Source of the DNA: Candidatus Poribacteria bacterium
Lineage (GTDB): Bacteria > Poribacteria > WGA-4E > PCPOR2b
Direction of reading: 5' to 3'
Assembly (NCBI GenBank): GCA_965208675.1
Contig: OZ242351.1
Span: forward strand, 2,720,001-2,784,000
Length of the DNA stretch: 64,000 bases
In this document: positions 1 to 10,700 of the stretch, one piece after another
Position numbering within the stretch: the first letter of the stretch is position 1
Layout of the letters: each line of letters opens with the position of its first letter
Notes under the pieces: model-generated
What the model saw: the letters and a program-made list of their open reading frames with translations, nothing else
What the model was told of the DNA's origin: nothing
Databases searched by the model: none
Made by a program: the position numbers and the translations under genes

Positions 1-2
1 AC

Positions 3-3000
3 ATCAACACCAACGAGTTCTTCAAAACGGCTATCGCCATCGGGGACGCGAAAGCGTGGTCACGCAATCTAGACCGGAAAGCACAGGGACGGGGCGACCC
101 GTTCACCAATCAAAATCCCAGCTATCAGATTGACTACTATCTCCGATCCGCGGATAAAGACTGGGGCATCCTGACTAACGGCAGGCAGTGGCGGCTCTAT
201 CAGCGTCAGACCAGTTACCGGCTCGACAGTTTTTATGAGGTAGATCTCGCCGCGCTGCTCTCCGATAACGGAAACCTAGAGACCTTCCGCTATTTCTACT
301 GCCTGTTTCGGCGCGACGCATTCATCTCCAATGTGAGCGGGGCATCCTTTCTCGACCGGGTATTAAATGAGAGCCAACAGCACACAATCGCTATTTCCGA
401 TGACCTGAAGAACCGCGTCTACGATGCCCTACGCCTGCTCATCGGCGGCTTTCTGAATTTTTCGGGAAACGGTTTCGACAGCGCGAATCCGCCACTCGAC
501 CAAATTCACAGCAACTGCCTGATTCTGCTGTACCGCCTGCTGTTTATCCTCTACGCCGAAAGCCGCGACCTGCTGCCGTTAAAAAACCGCGATTATGCGA
601 TGCTATACAGCCTTGACCAAATGGCGACCGACATTCACGAAAAAGTGGACAGCGGAATTGCCTACGCTCCGGGGGCGAACCTTTATTGGACGGGGTTGCG
701 GCAATTATTTACGCTGGTGAATGACGGTTGGGAAAACCACATCCCCCAGTATAACGGCGGGCTATTCAATCCGCAACAACACACGTTTCTTGAAGAATAC
801 GAAATCGGCGACGCGGCACTAGCGCAGGCAATTGAACTGTTGACACGGACGGAACAGGGCGAACGAATCACCTACCGCGACCTCGACGTGCGCCATCTCG
901 GAAACATCTACGAGGGTTTGCTCGAATATCAACCGCAAATCGCGACCGAAAATTTGGTCATCGTTTTAAAGAAGAAGCGTGAATCGGTTGCGCCCAAATC
1001 TGACACCAATCAGGAGATTGCCTATCGCAAAGGGGAGGTTTTTCTGCTGACCGACAAGGGCGAACGGAAAGCGACCGGCAGTTATTACACGCCCGATTAC
1101 ATCGTACGCTATATCGTCGAAAACACGCTGGCGCCGCTCTGTAAGGACAAAACAGTTGAGGAGATTCTGAAGCTCAAAATTTTGGATCCCGCCACGGGGA
1201 GCGGGCATTTCCTCGTCGGCGTTGTCGATTATCTCGCCGAAGAACTAATAACGCACCCGGACGCGCCGCACATGACCGAAACGGGGAGCGAAGAGTCGGA
1301 ACTCGCCTACTGGCGCCGGCGCGTTGTAGAGTCCTGCGTTTACGGGGTTGACCTCAACCCGATGGCGGTGGAGTTGGCGAAACTCTCCCTCTGGCTGCAC
1401 ACCGTTGCAAAGGGCGAGCCGCTTTCGTTTCTCGACCATCACATTCGCTGCGGCAACGCCCTTATCGGGGCGAAGATTGCGAACCTTCCGAACCTACCGC
1501 AACTGAAAAAGAGCCGCCGCAAAACCGGTCAGACTCAGACGGAGATTTCGATGGCGTACCCTTTCACCGATACGGTTGCAACCGCCATCGGACACTACCT
1601 GTTAATTGAGGAGATGGAGAGCCGCAGCGCCGACCAGATCCACGCGAAGGAACACCAATTGGACATTGCGCAGACGATGCTCCGTTTTCACAAAGGTGTG
1701 GCGAATCTTTGGACGAGTCTCTATTTCGAAAACAGTGTTTCTCGTGCGGAATATCACGACGCTGTTGATGCGCTGCGCGACAAAAAAATGGCGAAACTAG
1801 ACGCGATGTCTTCCTATCGACACGCGCAGGAGATTGCGGCGGAGAAACGGTTCTTTCATTGGGAGATTGAGTACCCGGAAGTGTTTCGTGACGAGTACGG
1901 ACGTGAGAAGGATAATCCAGGGTTTGACGCGGTGATAGGGAATCCGCCGTATGGGGCGAATTTTGATGAATTGGATAAGAGGTATTTAAAGGTTAACTTG
2001 CCGGTAGCGGATAATGCGGCAGATTCATTTGGCGTCTTTACTGAAAGGGGGCTTTTGGAGTTAGCACACCAGGGACGGATCGGGTTTATCGTGCCAAGCG
2101 GTTGGTTGACCGCAAGAACGTACCGCAGCTTACGTGAGTGGTTACATTCAGTGTGTGCAATTCAATATATAGTTCACTTACCCTATGACGTGTTTCCCGA
2201 TGCCTACATTGACACAATTATTTTTGTTTCTCAAAAATCTCGTGCTGTATCTAGCCGCGTACAAATCAAACGCTTTGGAATACGAGAATCAGCGGAAGAA
2301 TTGGCATCAAAAACTCAAGAATACAATGAGGTGAACTCCGCTATTTGGCGGAAGGATTCGCATCATCGCTTCCTGACGTTACTTTCTCCATCTGTTATTT
2401 CTATACACAACAAAGTTAAACAATTCGGCACAAAGGCGGAGAGATTTCTGGATGTGGCTCGTGGCATGACTCCGTTTTCCGATGCAGTTCAGGAAAGCCG
2501 AGAAGCTATGAAAGGATTCTGGGGTACTGTTGACCGATACAATCTGCAGCGAGAAAAAATGGGACATGTGAGCATGCGAGATTTGAAAGAATGCCCTTCG
2601 GATGATTTCTTCGCGGGGGAGAGACTGATTATCCGTCGAATCATCAGTCGTCAGCATCGGATACATGCGACCTATGTTGATACAGATTTTGCTATTAACA
2701 AATCGTACATACTTGCAATTGGCAAAGATTCCGCTATTTCCTTGTTATATCTGCTTGCTCTCATAAACTCTAGGTTGTTTTCACAGATATTTATTTGGTT
2801 TTCCGAAGTTGCCAAGCGAGATGATTTTCCTCAGCTTGATATAGCAACAGTTCGCGAGTTTCCAATCCGCCGCATCAACTTCATCACGCCTGCCGATGAA
2901 CGCAACCATCAACTCGAAAAAGCCAAGACCCTTTATCAATTCTGCCTCGACAGAGGTAGCGTAGACTGCGTTCTCGGCTTCGTGAAGCACCATCTTGCTG

Positions 3001-3413
3001 CCGAGCCGGAGCGTTCGGATGTCATCCACGACCTGCTCGGCTATCTCGCGGAGGACATGGTTGGGATGAACAAGGAGAAAGGGCAGGAAATTCGGGACTT
3101 TCACCGCTGGCTGGAACGCGAAATCGGGGTCGAAATTGAGGCACTCCAGAACAAGACGGCGATTCGAAGTTATTTTGAATTGACGTTTGACCGTCTACTG
3201 GAGATTTTGAGGAAAAACCGACGGGTCATCCCCGTTGATGAATCAAGCCGAACTTTTCAAGAATCGCTGGAGCGCGAGTTTAATCATAGCCTCGCTAAAC
3301 TCAAGCCCCTGCTCGCCCGTATCCAGTACACCGACGCGCTGATTGATCAGGTGGTCTATCAGCTCTACGGCTTGACGGATGTGGAGATTGCGGTTGTGGA
3401 GGGTGAAAATTGA
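3..3413 (+). CDS. Type IIG (Eco57I-like) fused restriction endonuclease/N6-adenine methyltransferase, 5'-truncated by the window edge
   Basis: Frame is open from position 3 (…GDAKAW…WGILTNGRQWRLY, nuclease-type N-terminus); GSYYTP, motif I DPATGSGHF, motif IV NPPY, C-terminal TRD and 'IDQVVYQLYGLT' tail. Confidence 0.92.
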   Translation: MNTNEFFKTAIAIGDAKAWSRNLDRKAQGRGDPFTNQNPSYQIDYYLRSADKDWGILTNGRQWRLYQRQTSYRLDSFYEVDLAALLSDNGNLETFRYFYCLFRRDAFISNVSGASFLDRVLNESQQHTIAISDDLKNRVYDALRLLIGGFLNFSGNGFDSANPPLDQIHSNCLILLYRLLFILYAESRDLLPLKNRDYAMLYSLDQMATDIHEKVDSGIAYAPGANLYWTGLRQLFTLVNDGWENHIPQYNGGLFNPQQHTFLEEYEIGDAALAQAIELLTRTEQGERITYRDLDVRHLGNIYEGLLEYQPQIATENLVIVLKKKRESVAPKSDTNQEIAYRKGEVFLLTDKGERKATGSYYTPDYIVRYIVENTLAPLCKDKTVEEILKLKILDPATGSGHFLVGVVDYLAEELITHPDAPHMTETGSEESELAYWRRRVVESCVYGVDLNPMAVELAKLSLWLHTVAKGEPLSFLDHHIRCGNALIGAKIANLPNLPQLKKSRRKTGQTQTEISMAYPFTDTVATAIGHYLLIEEMESRSADQIHAKEHQLDIAQTMLRFHKGVANLWTSLYFENSVSRAEYHDAVDALRDKKMAKLDAMSSYRHAQEIAAEKRFFHWEIEYPEVFRDEYGREKDNPGFDAVIGNPPYGANFDELDKRYLKVNLPVADNAADSFGVFTERGLLELAHQGRIGFIVPSGWLTARTYRSLREWLHSVCAIQYIVHLPYDVFPDAYIDTIIFVSQKSRAVSSRVQIKRFGIRESAEELASKTQEYNEVNSAIWRKDSHHRFLTLLSPSVISIHNKVKQFGTKAERFLDVARGMTPFSDAVQESREAMKGFWGTVDRYNLQREKMGHVSMRDLKECPSDDFFAGERLIIRRIISRQHRIHATYVDTDFAINKSYILAIGKDSAISLLYLLALINSRLFSQIFIWFSEVAKRDDFPQLDIATVREFPIRRINFITPADERNHQLEKAKTLYQFCLDRGSVDCVLGFVKHHLAAEPERSDVIHDLLGYLAEDMVGMNKEKGQEIRDFHRWLEREIGVEIEALQNKTAIRSYFELTFDRLLEILRKNRRVIPVDESSRTFQESLEREFNHSLAKLKPLLARIQYTDALIDQVVYQLYGLTDVEIAVVEGEN

Positions 3414-3624
3414 TTGAAGTGCAATGGGAGGAAATGACAACGATTTTGGGTAATTGGGACGTGTATTGTTGCAGAGTGCCGGTACGGTGCTAAGAAAAGC
3501 GTTGGGTTCGCTACGCGCATGTTGTTATTAAGCTTGATTGGTGATTGGAGGGTAAATTCTCAATTCAAATGCATTCGGGGCAATCCGCTTAACCCAACCT
3601 ACAAAAACTAAAAGGAGATTTATT

Positions 3625-3891
3625 ATGACTTTGGATTTGGAAATGGTGTTAGGTAGTGCGGTGGTCATAATTGTAGCGATAGTGGGCGGCGTATGGTCTA
3701 TGGTAAAATTCACATCTTCACATTACGAAAAACGTTTCAATAGTCTTGAATCCAACCTAAATAAACGAGTGGATGATGTTAGGGATGAGGTTAAGCAACT
3801 ACGTTCGGATATGGATTCAATGCGTGTTGCTGTTATATATGAAACCATTCGTAAAGAGCCAATATCCAAGGAGGCTCAGGATGAAAGTTGA
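3625..3891 (+). CDS. Small membrane-anchored coiled-coil hypothetical protein
   Basis: SD AAGGAG upstream; N-terminal TM then heptad-like segment; AT-rich. Confidence 0.65.
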   Translation: MTLDLEMVLGSAVVIIVAIVGGVWSMVKFTSSHYEKRFNSLESNLNKRVDDVRDEVKQLRSDMDSMRVAVIYETIRKEPISKEAQDES

Positions 3892-4246
3892 AAATATGAA
3901 TGGAAAGGTGTATGATGTTGATGTAACGGGTAAAGGTATAGAACCTCTTTCAGCAGGAGAATTTTTTGCTACACCACCTAAGTATTTTATTGGGCTTTTT
4001 GACAATTTGGATTCTAAAAGTAAAAAATTAACATCAAAAACCAAAACATTGAACCTCATTTTATTGACGGATAGTAAAGAACTTTGGGATTTAGCCCAAT
4101 GTTGGATATTGGAAGCCATTTATGAAGGGGCAGATTCACTTTCAATTCCCAAGAAAAGATATACTAAACAAGGGGTTGTGGTTAACCTTCCGGAATCTAT
4201 TCAAAAAAGTAATTTTAATTTTTATGAGCGCAATAGTGACAATTAA
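3881..4246 (+). CDS. Hypothetical protein (AT-rich), overlapping the upstream ORF
   Basis: ATG at 3881 overlaps the end of 3625-3891; protein-like composition. Confidence 0.55.
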   Translation: MKVENMNGKVYDVDVTGKGIEPLSAGEFFATPPKYFIGLFDNLDSKSKKLTSKTKTLNLILLTDSKELWDLAQCWILEAIYEGADSLSIPKKRYTKQGVVVNLPESIQKSNFNFYERNSDN

Positions 4247-4498
4247 CTGGATTTCCGCTTGGCAAATGCCAAAACCCTCTACCCTTTTTATGACACAGTT
4301 GGCTATGTATACGTCAATCTACAATGGTTTCAGGCCTGCTTCTGTTAATTAGCAAAAGTTTTTTAGGTTAGGTTAAGCGATTAACCAAGGATATGTTGTG
4401 ATTCGGAGATTGCTCCTTCAGGGCGAATTCTAGTAGGAGGGAATTCCGATTCCCGACGGTAGATTTTTTGCCGCTAGGTTCTACCATTAAGAACCAAG

Positions 4499-4548
4499 AC
4501 TATCGTACTCACTATTCGGTCGCTTGATCCTTCGCTATTCGCTCAGGT
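4499..4548 (+). repeat. Directional intergenic repeat ACTATCG…TTGATCC, copy 1 (others at 6698, 10317, 12190, 14150)
   Basis: Five similar ~32-nt units in the same orientation. Confidence 0.75.
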
Positions 4549-4615
4549 ATTGCTGAACCCAACCACCAAATACTACTCGACAGGGCGTTTTTGCGGTAAA
4601 TTCTTAAATGGTGAG

Positions 4616-6556
4616 ATGACGATGAATAGAGAGGGTTGTTCGACTGTTAATTATTCTAAAGGGACCTGGACACTCTTGTTGACGCTAATGATGTTTGTAT
4701 TCAGCCTCCATGGCAGTGTTCAGACAGGTTCAGCGCGCGTAAGGTCGGGGTCAAAACCCTTAGGCGCGATTAGATCGCAAATTTCCAAAGATATTTGGCA
4801 CGAAGATCCGACAATCCGCAGCCGTGCAATCTTGGCTTTAGGAAGAATATATTACTTGGATAGGATGAGGGGGTTCTCGCCAATTGTTGATGCGTTGCGC
4901 CGTGATAAGGACAAAGAAGTTAGATTGGCAGCACTGATCATCTTGGGAGTCATTCCTGGCGGAAAACACGGCGTGACTCGCAGCGCGGTGCGCGCGGTTC
5001 AGGAAGTTGTCGCAACCGAGCGAGACCCTGACTTACGGCGCTTCGCATCCGTAGCCTTGCTGCAATGGGTTAAACTCGACAAACATACAGACAAAATTTG
5101 GAAATACTACTTGGAAATGCTTCAACACCCGGTCCCGCAGTTTCAGAATTACGCGCTTGAGGCGCTTTACAAGCCTACATTACTTTCCGATAAGGAGCGT
5201 ATGGCATACCATAAACTCCACCCAACTGTCATAACGCAACTTGAAGTCATGGCGCGGTCGCCTCAACCGTCCGATGAGTTGGTTAAAGCCGTCAGCCATA
5301 TTTGGACGGGAAATACTACGAAACCGCTGATCGAATGGTTGCACGATGAAGATTACGAACTTCGCAAGACGAGCGCACTGGCTCTTGAGCGGCAATCTCG
5401 CCAGAACAGCGATGCCGTGGTGGAGTTGCTGGATACCTTACGCAGCGATAGTAGCGTGAAGGCGCGCACTGCCGCCGCTAAATCGCTTACAGAGCTCTCC
5501 ACAGGACTCACCACGGGACTGTATTCAGGACACCCACGGTATTCAGCCCGGCTTGAACGACGTAAGTTCCCTCCGAAGATGCAGCAGAAAATTTGGAACG
5601 CACTCGTGGAAGCCGCGCAACATGATGCGCCCGAAGTTCGGGCTTCAGCGCTGTTGTCATTGGCAAATCTGAAGGAAGGCGAACCCTCTGCCTGGCGCAT
5701 TTTTACCGATGCGATAGTGGACAAAGAAACATCGGTCCGACAAAAGGACGAACGGGTAAAAACTGCTGCCATAAGAGGACTTGGACAAGCAATCTATATT
5801 TCGTTCAACGAAAGCATCGAAGCCGTTTTATTGCACACCATTGAAAACCGCGATGAGAGTTATCTCGTTCGATTTCATGCAGTTGAGAGTTTATTATTAT
5901 TCGATTATTGGGACGACCTGCTGCATGATGTAATGGTGGATCTCTTGTCAGATGAAAAACTCCGATTGAGTGTCACGGAACTTTGGGGAGAGTATTCGCG
6001 GGAAAACGCCCGTGCCAGTCGAAAGTTGCGGGTGGCATTTCGGCAGAATTCCAATCCGCAGATACGGTTGTATCTGGCGATGGCACTACTTAAGAGCGGT
6101 CAAGTGGATCGGGACGCAATCGAGATTCTAGTTTATCAAGGATTAAAGGATTCGGAATGCACCTGGCTTTGCGTTGATTTGCTGGGTCGTTCAGGATATT
6201 CGGAACCGTTTGTAATTGAAGGGTTGTTAGAGACGTTGCGCGACAGTCTAGATGCCATAGGTCCTGTTAAGGGGTCGTTCATTGAATCGCTAACAAGAAA
6301 CAAGAAGATTGATATATTGAGTTATGGAGGCGACATGAAAGGCAGCGGGGTTGTTATGGCATGTGTAGAAGCGTTGTTGGCATTGGATAAATACAACAAT
6401 GAGTTGCAGACGCTGCTGCCGAAAGTCATGTATTATCAGAGCGGGACGGTACAATCCATTTACTCCACATATGCACATCGATTCCAATTTCGTGCCAAAG
6501 TAGACGATGCTACAATACGAAGCCTTATTAGACAGGAACGTCGAAAGAACCGGTGA
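4616..6556 (+). CDS. HEAT-repeat protein, probably secreted
   Basis: Repeated 'D.D..VR..A...L' HEAT/PBS units; hydrophobic N-terminal segment; start uncertain (4616/4622). Confidence 0.8.
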   Translation: MTMNREGCSTVNYSKGTWTLLLTLMMFVFSLHGSVQTGSARVRSGSKPLGAIRSQISKDIWHEDPTIRSRAILALGRIYYLDRMRGFSPIVDALRRDKDKEVRLAALIILGVIPGGKHGVTRSAVRAVQEVVATERDPDLRRFASVALLQWVKLDKHTDKIWKYYLEMLQHPVPQFQNYALEALYKPTLLSDKERMAYHKLHPTVITQLEVMARSPQPSDELVKAVSHIWTGNTTKPLIEWLHDEDYELRKTSALALERQSRQNSDAVVELLDTLRSDSSVKARTAAAKSLTELSTGLTTGLYSGHPRYSARLERRKFPPKMQQKIWNALVEAAQHDAPEVRASALLSLANLKEGEPSAWRIFTDAIVDKETSVRQKDERVKTAAIRGLGQAIYISFNESIEAVLLHTIENRDESYLVRFHAVESLLLFDYWDDLLHDVMVDLLSDEKLRLSVTELWGEYSRENARASRKLRVAFRQNSNPQIRLYLAMALLKSGQVDRDAIEILVYQGLKDSECTWLCVDLLGRSGYSEPFVIEGLLETLRDSLDAIGPVKGSFIESLTRNKKIDILSYGGDMKGSGVVMACVEALLALDKYNNELQTLLPKVMYYQSGTVQSIYSTYAHRFQFRAKVDDATIRSLIRQERRKNR

Positions 6557-6686
6557 CGCGGTCTTCGTAGAGGCGATGATGGATTGGAAGGAGGGAGGAG
6601 TCACTAGCTGGTCGCTGAAGTTTTCTACGGATTTTCTAGGTTGGGATCAGCGCTAGGCGGATCTCACCCAACGAAAATCGCGGATG

Positions 6687-6759
6687 AAGACTTGAAAACT
6701 ATCGCCCTCGTTATTCACTCGGTTGATTCCTCCTTACCAAGGAGGGGCTAGGGGAGGTT
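6687..6759. repeat. Directional repeat copy 2 fused to a REP-like palindrome CCTCCTT-ACC-AAGGAGGGGCTAGGGGAGG
   Basis: Same palindrome recurs in reverse at 12081-12112 and at 14203-14222. Confidence 0.7.
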
Positions 6760-7121
6760 TATAAACACAAAGGTTCGGCTGAACGAAATAAATGAACAAT
6801 CCATGCCGCGAATCGGAGATTGCTGCTGCACAACCTGCCGGAATTGTCTGAACTGTGATTTGTGTGATTGAAGGATGGGCATTGATTGAGAGAGGACATG
6901 AGCATACGGTGTTGGAATGGAAGGTGATTGGCTGTTGGCGAAGCGGCAGGCATTATCGTCTAAACATTGGTGGTAAGCTTACGCGTCCTATTTAGGAGAG
7001 CGTAGAGTTATGATTTTATTTCGTGTTTTTAACGGATGGAGGATATATTGTTGTGAAAGTAGAAGATGAGTTTATCCGAGATGCAGCTGTTTATTTGGGT
7101 TCTTTGAAACACGGGAAAGCG

Positions 7122-8333
7122 ATGATACGATTAACGACGGTTTTGTTATTTACTCTTTGCCTCGCACTTACAGCAATCGTCGTCGGTTGCGGCGAGGACA
7201 AGGAAAACATAGAGGATGATAAGGATGAAATGATTACAGACGTTCCCCCAGATCGACCGGTTGACATCCCCGACCCGACTCTCCGCGAAAGCGTTGAAGC
7301 GCACCTGCGAATTTTCGACCGAGATTACCAGAGCGGCACCGTCATAACCGCCGGGGAAATAGGGCAGCTCGGAACGTTAGAGGTCTTTAGTCAAGACGTA
7401 GTTAAAGATTTGACAGGGCTTGAATATGCCTCCGGCTTGCAGATTCTAAAACTTGGCGGGCCGCATGAAGACGACGATAGACAAACGCTAGATCTCACGC
7501 CCTTAGCCAAATTAACCAACTTGAGAGTGCTGGAGGTGGAACGGTATGACATTACAGATCTCACGCCGTTGGCGGGATTAACTCAATTAGAGGAACTACA
7601 CCTTAACAAGATTACACTTGAGGAAGCGCCGGCACCAGATCTCACACCCTTGGCGGGATTAACCAACTTGACAACGCTATGGATAGGCGACTGTTTCATT
7701 ACAGACCTCACGCCGTTGGCGGGATTAACCGGACTAGGGTTTCTAATCCTACACGAAAATTGGATTGAGGACATCACGCCGTTGGCGGGGTTGACCAACT
7801 TGTACTACCTAACTCTATCAAACAACAAAATTGAAGACTTCACGCCCTTAGCGGGATTAACCAACTTGAGAACGCTGCATCTAGACAACACATGGATTGC
7901 GGACATCACGACGTTGGCAGGATTAACCAAACTAGAGACACTAGACCTATCAGGCAATCCGATTCCGGACATCACGACGTTAGCGGGATTAACCAAACTA
8001 GGGGTTCTAAACCTATCAGGCAATTGGCAGATTGTGGACATCACGCCGTTGGCGAACCTGGCCGACTTAACGACCCTAACCCTATCTTTCAACCAGGGTA
8101 TGGATGTTTCGCCGGTGTTGGAATTAACCAAACTAAGAACCCTAACCCTACATTTCGAGGTTAACGTGGATGTTTCGCTGCTGGTGGCATTAAACAATCT
8201 ACCGCACCTGCACTTAACGATTTGGGGATTGGGTTATATTCAGGATCCGCAGCCGCTCTGTGATCTCAAGGTCGAGAGCGCTGAATCCAATTTCCGACCG
8301 CTCAGACCCCAGCTCGATTGTGATGAGTGGTAA
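7122..8333 (+). CDS. Internalin-like leucine-rich-repeat lipoprotein
   Basis: Lipobox VVGC; 'IPDPTLR' cap; about 11 22-aa repeats 'ITDLTPLAGLTNL..L.L..N'. Confidence 0.92.
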   Translation: MIRLTTVLLFTLCLALTAIVVGCGEDKENIEDDKDEMITDVPPDRPVDIPDPTLRESVEAHLRIFDRDYQSGTVITAGEIGQLGTLEVFSQDVVKDLTGLEYASGLQILKLGGPHEDDDRQTLDLTPLAKLTNLRVLEVERYDITDLTPLAGLTQLEELHLNKITLEEAPAPDLTPLAGLTNLTTLWIGDCFITDLTPLAGLTGLGFLILHENWIEDITPLAGLTNLYYLTLSNNKIEDFTPLAGLTNLRTLHLDNTWIADITTLAGLTKLETLDLSGNPIPDITTLAGLTKLGVLNLSGNWQIVDITPLANLADLTTLTLSFNQGMDVSPVLELTKLRTLTLHFEVNVDVSLLVALNNLPHLHLTIWGLGYIQDPQPLCDLKVESAESNFRPLRPQLDCDEW

Positions 8334-8701
8334 TTTCAATATCTTCGGCGCCGCCTTATGCGGGCGCCTCTGAAAATAGGAGAACTAATCCCATGATAAG
8401 GCACAGTTTTTTCCGAGCCGCCTGCGCCAGCTTGGTCGTAGTTGCCTTGATTGCCGGTACAATTAGTGAAATCACCCCCAAATACTAGACAGTCCATTAA
8501 GGTGGGTTTGGGGCTGGTTAAACGCGCTTTCACGAGCCGTTTTGGCGTTTGTTTTGGCGTGACTTGCCGTGGGGTTATCCAGAGACTCAAAAACGTTGGG
8601 TTACGCTCTGCGCGTTTTTGCCATGTCATCGCAGAGGGCATTGGACGATTCATGGGGGCAGAAACGGTGTTGGAATTTTCCGCTCAACCCAACCTAAAAA
8701 A

Positions 8702-9289
8702 CTAATCAAGGACTTTTAACTGTCCGTTTTTGTCCTTGGTAAAGACAAACCCGCCGCCTTCATTCGCACCAATTTGTACGCTAGACATATTACCCTTATC
8801 GGCAAAATGAAGTCCCTTATTATCGGAAGAAAGTTCGAGTTTGCTAAGTGCATGTTTGTTATTGACTTTAATAAGCCCGCCTTTTAAACCGACGCTAAGC
8901 TTTGCCATCGCTGGAATAGCCATGTCGTCAGGCAGCTCGGCACGGTGATAAAAATCATTCCCATTGACGCTGACAAAGCCGCCGATGGTATTGTTACCGA
9001 GATGCACGGTCGGAATGGCATCCGTACTCTCAAAACTATCATAGAGTTGGACGGAACCCCCACCAAATTTGCTGCCAATAATTTTTACAATTCCTGGGTT
9101 GTGTATATCATGGTAATCGGTAGTTAGTATAATTCTTGCTATACCCGCTTCATCCACCACCGTTAAACTCCGACACTCGATCGCGCCAAACTTATCTCTT
9201 TGCGCTGTGACTGGTGAAACCAACAAGGCCGTCAATACACTCCCGATTATCCCGCCAATAATACCGCTTAGTATGACATAATGCTTCAT
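8702..9289 (-). CDS. Secreted hypothetical protein ('KFGxIEC' family), paralog of the adjacent gene
   Basis: SD GGAGG before ATG 9289; signal peptide then AQRDKFGAIECRSL; C-terminal GGFVFTKDKNG. Confidence 0.75.
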   Translation of the reverse strand: MKHYVILSGIIGGIIGSVLTALLVSPVTAQRDKFGAIECRSLTVVDEAGIARIILTTDYHDIHNPGIVKIIGSKFGGGSVQLYDSFESTDAIPTVHLGNNTIGGFVSVNGNDFYHRAELPDDMAIPAMAKLSVGLKGGLIKVNNKHALSKLELSSDNKGLHFADKGNMSSVQIGANEGGGFVFTKDKNGQLKVLD

Positions 9290-9314
9290 CGCAAATCCTC
9301 CATGCCGTTTAGGG

Positions 9315-9743
9315 TTACTGCCGATAGCCGTTTTTGTCATAGGTAGTTACGGCGCCATTGCCCTTTTCGTTGATGCCCATGATGGCATAACCTTTCGATC
9401 TTCCGCTGGTTTTTACAAAACCACCATGTTCATCAATACCGATGTTCAGTAGTTGATTATTATCGGCGTCGTACATCCGTACCCCTGAGAAGTTGATAGC
9501 CGTCCACCCTTTCTTATTCTCAGCACTGCTGAGGATTACGGCGCCCGCAACATAGTCTCCCAATGGAGTCTCCATCGGGTTGACCCCCAAAAGCCTACAT
9601 TCAATGTGCCCATTGACCTTCAAACTTTCGCATTCGATTTCTCCGAATTTATCTTTCTGAGCGTTAAGAGGTGAGATAATCATACCGGTGGCAACGAGTA
9701 AGCCGCCGATGGCGATGTATGCGAGCTTCTGTTTTGTGTTCAT
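9315..9743 (-). CDS. Secreted hypothetical protein ('KFGxIEC' family)
   Basis: SD AAGGAG; signal peptide then AQKDKFGEIECESL; C-terminal GAVTTYDKNG. Confidence 0.78.
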   Translation of the reverse strand: MNTKQKLAYIAIGGLLVATGMIISPLNAQKDKFGEIECESLKVNGHIECRLLGVNPMETPLGDYVAGAVILSSAENKKGWTAINFSGVRMYDADNNQLLNIGIDEHGGFVKTSGRSKGYAIMGINEKGNGAVTTYDKNGYRQ

Positions 9744-9885
9744 TGCAATTTCTCCTTAATTTGGAAGCAGTGCCCGGTGGCTAGTGGCCAGTGGCCAGCA
9801 AAAGCTGGTCACAGTTTTTGTTGGTAGGGTTTCACTTTGTAAAACCCAACATACAATCTAATTACTATACACATATTCACTTAAT

Positions 9886-9914
9886 ATATTACGAGAAAAA
9901 CGGCTGTATGTCAA
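9886..9914 (-). promoter_or_regulatory. Putative sigma70 promoter for the 9743/9289 genes
   Basis: TTGACA-N17-TAATAT on minus strand. Confidence 0.5.
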
Positions 9915-10700
9915 CCGCAAATTTTAAAATCATTTAGGCGAAAATGGGCAAGAGAAAGTACGTGTCGCGATTCGGAAATCGATCCTACGGGGGCGAACTC
10001 TTGACACCCGACGACACGATCGTCCGCCAAATCTAATGTACATGAACTCTTGTTTATCGACATTCCCAAAAAGTCCCGCATGTAGAGAGGTCTTTGTCTT
10101 TGATGTCGCCATTGTCTTCCGTCATTGCAAATAATGCTAAATTTTCATAGTTAACTCGGCAGTCACTTTGACACTAACTTCCCGAAGATCAGTGGTAGAC
10201 TGTGTTCACGCCCTTTTTGGACTTAATCAATCTCTCACGATACATCCGAAAACTATGAAAACTATGAAATTTTTGCAGCTTGATTGTTCGGTAATGCTGG
10301 AGGTAAAGACTTGAAAACTATCGCAGTCGCTATTCGCTCAGTCGATCCTATTTGGTCGGTTGATCCCAACCTATAACCTCCCCTAACACTTCCGTATTAA
10401 GGAGGCGAATGCAGATTGAATGGAGCGAAATTGGGAGGTGCACGAAATAGTACATTCGTCCGCTCAAACTGCACTGTTTGGTGCAAGCGGCGATTAGCTG
10501 AAGGAAAAATCTCCGACTGCACTCGTGGCTTGATACATCAGGATTTTCCGTCTAACGATGAGGATGGAATATCTCTTGGCGCAGAATTTGCAATCATAAC
10601 CGTATACACAGCCTAAATCGGCGACGATAGTGTTGAAGAATGTTAGGTGATGGGTGTTACAAATTTCAATTAAGCCTACTTCTGTACGAGGAGGCGTATC

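Noticed and set aside
7490-8150. 66-bp DNA periodicity
   Set aside because: Explained by LRR coding repeats; the same applies to WD40, TPR and FG-GAP periodicities.
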